Shown here piece by piece: positions 8,452 through 15,232 of a stretch of DNA of 26,729 nucleotides. Numbering within the stretch: the stretch's first letter is position 1; each line of letters begins with the position of its first letter. Below the pieces are notes generated by a model, which was not told the origin of the DNA, searched no databases, and saw nothing but the letters and a program-made list of their open reading frames with translations. The stretch lies in IMG/VR virus record IMGVR_UViG_3300037133_000102, positions 1 through 26,729 of that record; one strand, written 5' to 3'. Position numbers and translations under genes: made by a program. The stretch comes from a virus. Its lineage: Duplodnaviria > Caudoviricetes.

Positions 8452-9206
8452 CGCGACACGTTTATGGACTAATGGTCACCGGCAACGAAGCTGGCAGGTA
8501 TCTTCGCTCTGCCATCAGGAACGCTCTATTGACCGTGGACGTCCTTTTTGTCTATGATGACCAGAGCGACGATGGCAGCGCCGAGATAGTCCAGTCGTTC
8601 AACCCCAACACCACGGTCTATCAGCGCCGGCCGGATGACGTGCCGAGCTTCCTTGAGCACGAGGGACAGTTTCGCCAGGCGAGTTGGGCAGCCTTTGAAC
8701 GGTACATTCAGCCTACAACCAACGACTGGATCATTGGCATTGACAGCGACGAGGTGTTGGTCGGGGCGACCGAATGCCGTCCCTGCGAGCTAAAACTGGT
8801 GTTAGATCGAGCTGAGGGTCATGATGCTGTTCTGTTGCCCAGGCCCGAGGTCTGGGGTTATGACCATGACGGGTGGCCTCTTGTACGGATGGACGGGATG
8901 TGGGGTACTATTAAGTGTACGAGGCTGTTCAAGTACCGCCCGGGTGGGAAAATTCGCAACGTTCCCATGGGTTGTGGTTCTGAACCCGAAGGCTTTTGTA
9001 AGAGCCTGAGTATGTACACTGGAGGCTTGGAGCTGCTCCACTATGGGTACGCCGAAGCCGACACTGATCGTGTGGAAAAGTTTATACGTTATACGTCCCA
9101 CCCCATTGGACACAACCCGGCGCATATTCAGTCAATCCTGGCTTCTCCTACTGTGGAGAGGTGGGGGGGTCTCATTCCGCCTAACATGACACGTGGTGAC
9201 GTGTAA
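8448..9206 (+). CDS. Glycosyltransferase 5 (GT2, Glyco_tranf_2_4-like)
   Basis: NEAGRYL, VYDDQSDDGS, WIIGIDSDE, RLFK, LLHYGY. Confidence 0.85.
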   Translation: MTRHVYGLMVTGNEAGRYLRSAIRNALLTVDVLFVYDDQSDDGSAEIVQSFNPNTTVYQRRPDDVPSFLEHEGQFRQASWAAFERYIQPTTNDWIIGIDSDEVLVGATECRPCELKLVLDRAEGHDAVLLPRPEVWGYDHDGWPLVRMDGMWGTIKCTRLFKYRPGGKIRNVPMGCGSEPEGFCKSLSMYTGGLELLHYGYAEADTDRVEKFIRYTSHPIGHNPAHIQSILASPTVERWGGLIPPNMTRGDV

Positions 9207-9228
9207 ACGTAGTGGTTACACTTTTTTT
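9201..9228. repeat. 28-bp dyad element, copy 1 (operator and/or terminator)
   Basis: GTGTAA-ACGTAGTGG-TTACAC-T7; 25/28 identical to 13378-13405. Confidence 0.7.
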
Positions 9229-9251
9229 GATTACCTCAACCTAGGAGAAAA

Positions 9252-9728
9252 ATGCCAGAAGTAGAAGATATACGAGAAGACATACCAGCCGAGGGCGAGC
9301 GCCCGCCAGTGCCCGAGGGATGGGTTGGGCTCCAGTCCATGCCGGTCACTAAGGCCAACGAGCGAAAGTTGGCAGACCTTCATGCTAGCAACGCGACCCT
9401 GCTAGAGCGTGTCCTAAAGTTGAACGCTCGTCCGACGTCCATGGGTGTGATGGCGTGTCGAGTGAAAGCCCTATTGACTCTCTCTCCGGACGAAGGCGAG
9501 AGTCGCTCCGCGGTAGAGGATGTGTCTCCTACTCAGGTTGTGATGAACGCCCTCGAAGGGTTGGTCATCATGGGCGTAGGTGGGGATCCCGGACGCCAAC
9601 AGGCATTCGAACTGGCGTTCGAGGAGGAGATGAAAGCCCTGTTGATCGAGACAGAACACCAGGTCAACGCTGCTGTGCTGGCAGGTAACGGGCCCAGGCA
9701 GACAGCCGGCGGGCTGGTGCTGCCCTAG
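9252..9728 (+). CDS. Hypothetical helical protein
   Basis: AGGAG RBS; ends in QTAGGLVLP. Confidence 0.65.
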   Translation: MPEVEDIREDIPAEGERPPVPEGWVGLQSMPVTKANERKLADLHASNATLLERVLKLNARPTSMGVMACRVKALLTLSPDEGESRSAVEDVSPTQVVMNALEGLVIMGVGGDPGRQQAFELAFEEEMKALLIETEHQVNAAVLAGNGPRQTAGGLVLP

Positions 9729-9742
9729 GGTATACTGGCAGC

Positions 9743-10369
9743 ATGTGGGACAACACGGTGAGGCAGACTCCTCGTAAGGAGTTGCTGAAGATAGAGGTGC
9801 CCTGGCCAAGGACGGGTTCTTGCTACCTGTGTGGTGAGGAAATGGATCACCAGACGTCCCTCCTTTTAGAACCCACCCTGCCGGCCCACCGGCAGGTCTT
9901 GGGGTATTCAGGGATCGCTATCCATCTGCATTGTCTGTATGACGTTTCCAGGGATATACCAGGGGACGGTACGCCGGTTAGGTCGTCCTGGATTCAGACG
10001 AGCGAGTGGTCGAGCCCTCCTTTTGAGATCGGATCGGGGGATGTGCATGCGTTGGTTTTGGGTCGTGACGGTTCAGGGTCGAGGGGTGGGTTAGGGTTCG
10101 AGTTAGGGTTCGACAAGTTCGGAGTGTTCGAAGGACCCCTCCAGGCGGAGTACCGGAAGGGTTGTCTGTGGTGTTGTGGCAACGGACACGCTCCCGGTGT
10201 GGTCCTCAACTTTCCCCTGTCGCCACCTGCCCAGCGCTTTAGGTTGATACACACGCCTTGTATCGAGGAGATCTACAATGGGGTATATGCTCCGTACGAC
10301 GGTGGGGTGCCCGTCCCCGACCCTGAACCTTTGTTGCGCGGGTTGTCCGAGCTTTTGCAACTGACTTGA
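9743..10369 (+). CDS. Protein with two putative zinc-binding CxxC...HxxC modules
   Basis: CYLC...HLHC and CLWC...HTPC. Confidence 0.6.
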   Translation: MWDNTVRQTPRKELLKIEVPWPRTGSCYLCGEEMDHQTSLLLEPTLPAHRQVLGYSGIAIHLHCLYDVSRDIPGDGTPVRSSWIQTSEWSSPPFEIGSGDVHALVLGRDGSGSRGGLGFELGFDKFGVFEGPLQAEYRKGCLWCCGNGHAPGVVLNFPLSPPAQRFRLIHTPCIEEIYNGVYAPYDGGVPVPDPEPLLRGLSELLQLT

Positions 10370-10450
10370 CTTCTTTGGAGAGAAGGAGTACCATATTCAC
10401 CGTGATGGTAATTCACCGTGATGGTAAATAACGCTTTTTTAGTAAATAAC
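10361..10450 (+). promoter_or_regulatory. SigA-type promoter with tandem 16-bp repeat and TAAATAAC boxes
   Basis: TTGACT (10366-10371)-N17-TACCAT (10389-10394); ATTCACCGTGATGGTA twice (10395-10426); TAAATAAC at 10425 and 10443. Confidence 0.6.
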
Positions 10451-10466
10451 CCGGAAAGGGGTTCTA

Positions 10467-10658
10467 GTGCTTGATATCCAAAGCCGTGAAAAGACCGATA
10501 ATAGTTGGAGTGCATGGATACCGGAAGGAGACATGTTCGTGGCCATAGCGCTTCGGCAGCTCGTTCGGGCGTTAGAGGACAGTTGTACGGAGCCCGTCTG
10601 TGCCATTACTGTTCGTTGGGCTGACAATGACAAGACGCAGTTTATTCTGGACGCCTGA
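10467..10658 (+). CDS. Hypothetical protein (63 aa)
   Basis: GAAAGGGG RBS; TGATG coupling to the ligase. Confidence 0.55.
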   Translation: MLDIQSREKTDNSWSAWIPEGDMFVAIALRQLVRALEDSCTEPVCAITVRWADNDKTQFILDA

Positions 10659-11995
10659 TGTTCAAGCTTGTCTTGAATAAGCCAGAAAACGATAATTACG
10701 CCGCTGTCGTTGTACGCTTGAAGGCGGTCGTTGACCTTCCCAAGCGTGACCTGATTGTGGGCACCCCTCTGCTGGGGTGTCTACAGGCCATCGTGAGCAA
10801 GGGGGCCAAGGTGGGTGACATTGGCATCGTCTTTCCTCCCGAGACCCAGCTTGATCCCGAGTACTTACGGGAAAACAATCTTTATAGACACGGCGAACTG
10901 AACAAGGCTCCCGAGTCCAAGGGCTACTTCGAGGACAACGGACGAGTCAAGGCGATGAAGTTTGCCGGCAACCGGTCGGACTGTCTCTTCATGTCTCTGG
11001 ACAGTTTGGCGTACACAGGAGCGGACCTTTCAGCCCTCAAAGAGGGGGACATCTTTGACGTCCTTGAAGGCCACCACCTTTGCAAGAAGTACGTGAAGAA
11101 GGTCAAGGTTCCTGGTTCGGGTGCCATCAAGGCACCGAAGTTCAAGCGGGTTAACCCGCAATTTTTTCCGCCCCACATCGATACGGATAATTATTTTCGA
11201 AACTCCCATTTGATTGGTCCCAATGAAATAGTGTACGTGACCCAGAAGGTGCACGGTACCTCTATCCGGATCTCCCACTCCCGGGTGGCACGCAAGCTGA
11301 CCCTGCGGGAGCGCATTGTGAGCCGGCTGGGTGTAAACGTTGTGGATACAGAATTTGCCAACATTTACGGCAGTCGGACACAGGTCAAGGATGCCAATAA
11401 CCCGAACCAGATCGACTGGTACGACCGCGATCTCTGGTCACAAGAAGGTAAAAAGCTCGACGGCATCGTGCCTTCTGAGTATATTCTCTACGGCGAACTG
11501 GTCGGTTACGTCAGTCCTGGCCGCCCTATCCAACCGAAGTACACCTATGAGATTCCTGACGGTGAATGCCGGCTGATGGTCTACCGGATTGCTCATGTGA
11601 ACCCTCAGGGGCTCGTTACGGACCTTAGCTGGCCGCAGGTGCTGGTTGCCTGTGCTCAGTGGGGTCTGACGCCTGTCGTGGAGCTGATGAGGGGTTTTCA
11701 CCAGGACTTCCAGAATGAGCATTGGAGCCTGACCGTTCCTGGTGCCCACGCTGCCCCATCCGCACAGGGTGCTCTTGGTTGGTTAGACAAGCGTTTCGCT
11801 GACCTTGATTTCACTGGTGCACTCCCTCTGGGCCCGGACAAGAAGCTGGTTGACGAGGGTATTGTGATTCGCGCCGATAACGGCTTCCGTCCTACCTTGC
11901 TCAAGGCAAAGAGCCCGGTGTTCCTAAGCTGGGAGACTCGTCAATTGGATGAGGAAGCGCCGGATCTGGAGGCGGATCAGGATGTTGTCCCATGA
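10658..11995 (+). CDS. ATP-dependent RNA ligase, Rnl5/DRB0094-like with N-terminal OB-type domain
   Basis: Nucleotidyltransferase motifs TQKVHGTS (I), LYGELVG (III), EGIVIR (IV), LLKAKS (V); N-terminal KVGDIGIVFPPETQL...RVKAMKF. Confidence 0.85.
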   Translation: MFKLVLNKPENDNYAAVVVRLKAVVDLPKRDLIVGTPLLGCLQAIVSKGAKVGDIGIVFPPETQLDPEYLRENNLYRHGELNKAPESKGYFEDNGRVKAMKFAGNRSDCLFMSLDSLAYTGADLSALKEGDIFDVLEGHHLCKKYVKKVKVPGSGAIKAPKFKRVNPQFFPPHIDTDNYFRNSHLIGPNEIVYVTQKVHGTSIRISHSRVARKLTLRERIVSRLGVNVVDTEFANIYGSRTQVKDANNPNQIDWYDRDLWSQEGKKLDGIVPSEYILYGELVGYVSPGRPIQPKYTYEIPDGECRLMVYRIAHVNPQGLVTDLSWPQVLVACAQWGLTPVVELMRGFHQDFQNEHWSLTVPGAHAAPSAQGALGWLDKRFADLDFTGALPLGPDKKLVDEGIVIRADNGFRPTLLKAKSPVFLSWETRQLDEEAPDLEADQDVVP

Positions 11996-12224
11996 CCAGG
12001 AGCTTGCCCTGTTGGGTAAGCAGGTAGAGGCTGTCCTCGACTTTGGGGATGTCTGGGTTGCGGGGACGGAGTTCGGTGACGCCGTGCTTCTTCGAAAAGA
12101 CCCAGAGGTCGTTGCCCGAGGTCAGCTGATGTGTTTTGATGACGGTGGTGGGATTGTGCTGCTGGACGACAATGGGTTTCTTGCGTTCTGTTGGCCACGA
12201 CTTAGGATGCGTTCCCGTGGCTAA
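11982..12224 (+). CDS. Hypothetical protein
   Basis: GGAGG before ATG 11982; overlaps the ligase end. Confidence 0.55.
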   Translation: MLSHDQELALLGKQVEAVLDFGDVWVAGTEFGDAVLLRKDPEVVARGQLMCFDDGGGIVLLDDNGFLAFCWPRLRMRSRG

Positions 12225-12363
12225 GGATGACCTTGTAACGATCCCGTACGATGACCTGCAGTTGGTTTTGGCTTGCATATCAACTGAGCAGTTGGGATAC
12301 GTTGTTGGGCTTAGGGACGCCGTAAAGCGTCTATACAGAGCTGTACCGTTATCGCAACGATGA
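12217..12363 (+). CDS. Small hypothetical protein (48 aa)
   Basis: GTG start overlapping the previous gene's end; fills the gap in the operon. Confidence 0.45.
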   Translation: MAKDDLVTIPYDDLQLVLACISTEQLGYVVGLRDAVKRLYRAVPLSQR

Positions 12364-12391
12364 CGAGTAATGGGTGTGCCCTCGCCGACAA
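12364..12391 (+). promoter_or_regulatory. Putative sigma28/WhiG-like promoter
   Basis: CGAGT-N15-GCCGACAA, 6 nt before ATG 12398. Confidence 0.5.
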
Positions 12392-12397
12392 TAAGGC

Positions 12398-12742
12398 ATG
12401 GGCAATCAGTCGGATCTTGAAGATACGCTCGACGAACAGCTACGGGGTGGCGATGCCATCCCGCATGATTACGTTCGTCAGTTCCAATTCGCAAAGAATA
12501 TAGGTCGTAAGTGGAAGTCCGACTTTGCCTGGGTGGATCAGAAGCTCCTTGTTGAGGTGGATGGCGGGACGTGGAACGGCGGTCGTCACACAACTGGTGC
12601 TGGTTACCATGAGGATAGCATTAAACTCAACACGGCCACCTTGCTAGGTTTTTATCAGCTTCGTGGGGACTCTAATATGGTTAAAGACCGTAGCCTTTTG
12701 GCCATGATTATCCAGTTCTTCGAAAACCTTGCCGTATTCTGA
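12398..12742 (+). CDS. DUF559/Vsr-like PD-(D/E)XK endonuclease
   Basis: WKSDFAW...LLVEVDGGTW..GRH...GYHEDSIKLNTATLLGF..LR. Confidence 0.8.
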   Translation: MGNQSDLEDTLDEQLRGGDAIPHDYVRQFQFAKNIGRKWKSDFAWVDQKLLVEVDGGTWNGGRHTTGAGYHEDSIKLNTATLLGFYQLRGDSNMVKDRSLLAMIIQFFENLAVF

Positions 12743-12757
12743 CCCTGTAGTGGTTCT

Positions 12758-13081
12758 ATGACCAGGAGAAACACCGGAGACGCCCCGCCTCGGTCAGACA
12801 AACCACCCTCACTGGGACAGTACATCCTTGGTCACAATCTCTCTGGTCCGTACCCCTATCACTGGGCGACCTTTATTTGTGGGTTCCCGCTCAAATGGTG
12901 GTGCCGGACAGTTTGGTGTCGCCTGAGAGGGCACCGCTGGCGCCAGACCATGAAGGGTATATACACAGAGGGTGATCACGAGAAGATCTACGGTCGCCAG
13001 TGTCTTCGTTGTTGGCTATCCGAGGACTGTCCTTGTTTGGGGTGTATACACATCCGCGTTGGTCACTCTTCGGACACGTAG
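12758..13081 (+). CDS. Cys-rich protein, DUF1660-like zinc-binding motif
   Basis: CRLRGHRW...RQCLRC. Confidence 0.55.
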   Translation: MTRRNTGDAPPRSDKPPSLGQYILGHNLSGPYPYHWATFICGFPLKWWCRTVWCRLRGHRWRQTMKGIYTEGDHEKIYGRQCLRCWLSEDCPCLGCIHIRVGHSSDT

Positions 13082-13230
13082 CGCTCCCGGCACAGCCGCC
13101 TCTGCGCCTCCCTGCGCCTGTTGGGGATGGTTGATGCACGAAGATGAGTGAACGGGTTCATGCGTCCCCTGACGTCCGCCAGCGTCAATCGTGGAGTCAA
13201 CCTGTTCGGTACCCGTTTAGGTTGAGCCAT
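13063..13230 (-). CDS. Small basic protein (55 aa), the only convincing minus-strand gene
   Basis: GGAGG RBS before ATG 13230; MAQPKRVP...RASTIPNRRREAQRRLCR; TGnTATACT extended -10 at 13289-13281. Confidence 0.6.
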   Translation of the reverse strand: MAQPKRVPNRLTPRLTLADVRGRMNPFTHLRASTIPNRRREAQRRLCRERYVSEE

Positions 13231-13377
13231 ATCGTTGCCTCCGATGAAGTGATCGGCGTTCTGATCCATTCGCCGTTTAGAGTATACCACTTGTGAGTGT
13301 CATTGTCTCTGAAGAGTCTTTCTTCTCGATTGGTGTGATGTTGCCAGATGTCATTGGGTTGCACGAAAACCTCCGAG

Positions 13378-13422
13378 GTGTAAACATAGTGGATACAGTT
13401 TTTTTCTTCATTCTGTCGATAA
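13378..13422 (+). promoter_or_regulatory. 28-bp dyad element copy 2, overlapping a sigma28-like promoter
   Basis: GTGTAAACATAGTGGATACAGTTTTTTT (13378-13405); ACAGT (13395-13399)-N15-GTCGATAA (13415-13422). Confidence 0.55.
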
Positions 13423-13498
13423 CATATGGCAGACGGTAACCCTTATGTTCGGGTTGCTGGAGTTTGTATTGTAACTGCCCAGGTGGCTCCCGAAAAGG

Positions 13499-13507
13499 TG
13501 CTATAAT
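13499..13507 (+). promoter_or_regulatory. Extended -10 promoter element
   Basis: TGcTATAAT 21 nt before ATG 13529; no clear -35. Confidence 0.45.
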
Positions 13508-13528
13508 CGCAGGTGAAGGGAGTTATTT

Positions 13529-14170
13529 ATGTCCACAAATGCAAATGCTGTTGTTGAAGACGGGATCCCGGTTAAGATGCCTTCCGGTGCGGTATATCTT
13601 GTGCTAACGCAAGGCGAAGCCGAGGGGCTTACTGAACGAGTTAAGGCGTATACGGACGCGTTTCATTTCTCCAACGTGTCTGATCTGGCCAGTCTGGACC
13701 TTATTCTCCAATTGGAGACGTTGACCACAAGGTGGACTACTTACCTTAGTTTGGAAAAGGATTACGATAACAACACCCTGCTCAACGCTGGTTCTCTTCG
13801 GCGGGAATTGGCCAACGTGTCAACTGAGTTGCGTCAGCTGAAGGAATCGGTGGGGGTCAACAAGAAAACACGGGATGCGGATGCAGCGACAGACGTAGCG
13901 TCCTACCTGGAAGGACTGCGTATGAGGGCCCGGGAGTTTGGCATAATGCGCGACATGCAGTGTGCAAAAGCCGTGGAACTGGCTCAAGATCTCGTCGCCA
14001 TGTACGAGTTGTGGTTGCGTTGCGATGAACAGGAGCGTCAGACGAACCACGCTACTCCTGAGGACGTTCTCCAGTGGATCGGAGAGTTCTTTATCCCGCA
14101 GTTCCAGGCAGTGGATGAGCATTTCAGAAACGTGAACCAGCGCGCCTGGATCCAAACGGGTGGTGTGTGA
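13529..14170 (+). CDS. Helical protein, possible terminase small subunit
   Basis: First gene of the coupled run leading to TerL; coiled-coil LRRELANVSTELRQLKESVG. The call is positional. Confidence 0.45.
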   Translation: MSTNANAVVEDGIPVKMPSGAVYLVLTQGEAEGLTERVKAYTDAFHFSNVSDLASLDLILQLETLTTRWTTYLSLEKDYDNNTLLNAGSLRRELANVSTELRQLKESVGVNKKTRDADAATDVASYLEGLRMRAREFGIMRDMQCAKAVELAQDLVAMYELWLRCDEQERQTNHATPEDVLQWIGEFFIPQFQAVDEHFRNVNQRAWIQTGGV

Positions 14171-14373
14171 TGGCTTTTAAGAAAAGTGACGAGCCGGCGA
14201 AGACCGTCAGGCCGATGCCGAGCGGTGTTCCCGCCTACCGCGTGAACGTATGGGTGAGAGTAACTGGTGTTGCCAGTGCTGCCGATGCCGAACAGAAGGT
14301 GATAGACCTGCTATACCCGCTCCCCTGGGTCGCCGGTGTGCGTTCGACGACAGAGGACCGGGAGAAATCTTGA
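14167..14373 (+). CDS. Hypothetical protein (68 aa)
   Basis: GTGA and TTGA overlaps with both neighbours. Confidence 0.55.
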   Translation: MMAFKKSDEPAKTVRPMPSGVPAYRVNVWVRVTGVASAADAEQKVIDLLYPLPWVAGVRSTTEDREKS

Positions 14374-15020
14374 GTGAGACCACCAAGACCTTTGTTGGAG
14401 GGCATGATAGGGTCAAGAAGACAGACATATCTGAAATCGTTGAAATGAACAGGGGAGTTAAGCGGCTCCCCTGGGAGCGACGTGCGGCCCTGATTAGAGC
14501 CACTTTCCCAAGTATCGTCGATGTGGACTGGATCTCTGCATTCGACGACATCGACATGATGGGACAGCTCATCCAGGACGTCCTCAAAGTTGACGCTTCA
14601 GACCATCACACAGATGGTCCTCGTCCCCATGTTCTAATGGAACAGGGGTTTCCTCGGATGCAACAACTCTTTGGTCAGGACTACTCTGAGCTGCCCTTCA
14701 CCGAAGCCTTCCGTTCTTTAGCTACTGGCGAGTATGTTGCTAGCGAGAATCCCAAGGAGGCCCGCAGTTGGCATACGTTATCCACGCGGGCGTTGGAATC
14801 CAAAATCGGGCTAAGCCACATGCAGGTATTTAGGCTGATGCGTGGTGACCGGCAGCCGTCGCTCAGACAGATGGAGATGATTGCCAAGGCTTTCGGTAAG
14901 AAGCCCGGGTGGTTCCTAGATTACCGTATCGGTATCATCATAGCCATAGTGGCGGACCGGATGGTCAAGTCCCCCGAAATGTCCATAAAATATTTCCAGA
15001 GGGTGACGGGGGAGCGATGA
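14370..15020 (+). CDS. XRE-family helix-turn-helix DNA-binding protein
   Basis: STRALESKIGLSHMQVFRLMRGDRQPSLRQMEMIAKAFG; TTG 14370 after GGAG is preferred to the 14250 start. Confidence 0.75.
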   Translation: MSETTKTFVGGHDRVKKTDISEIVEMNRGVKRLPWERRAALIRATFPSIVDVDWISAFDDIDMMGQLIQDVLKVDASDHHTDGPRPHVLMEQGFPRMQQLFGQDYSELPFTEAFRSLATGEYVASENPKEARSWHTLSTRALESKIGLSHMQVFRLMRGDRQPSLRQMEMIAKAFGKKPGWFLDYRIGIIIAIVADRMVKSPEMSIKYFQRVTGER

Positions 15021-15232
15021 GTGACGCTGCCTCCATGCGCCTTAGGGATATAGCAAGAAAATCCCTAGCGAAAAAGAAGTTGGACCAAATACGGCTTCGG
15101 GGTCAGGGTGTATTCGACGTCGAGACCGTTTTTATCTCCGATCATCCTCCGGATGACCCGAGCATTGAGGCCCTGGTAGACAACTACACACCCCTCTTGC
15201 GGGGACTGGCCGAATTGTTGGAGTTGAAATGA
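15017..15232 (+). CDS. Hypothetical protein (71 aa)
   Basis: ATGA overlaps at both ends; GGGGAG RBS. Confidence 0.6.
   Translation: MSDAASMRLRDIARKSLAKKKLDQIRLRGQGVFDVETVFISDHPPDDPSIEALVDNYTPLLRGLAELLELK

Noticed and set aside
10090-10113. GTTAGGGTTCGA x2 containing telomere-like TTAGGG
   Set aside because: In-frame 12-nt duplication encoding LGFE/LGFD; only two copies.
10395-10426. CRISPR-like repeats
   Set aside because: Two abutting 16-mers with no spacer and no cas genes.
14857-14873. Target of the putative TnpB guide in the XRE gene
   Set aside because: Only GCTCAGACA (9 nt) matches, and the 5' seed is broken.
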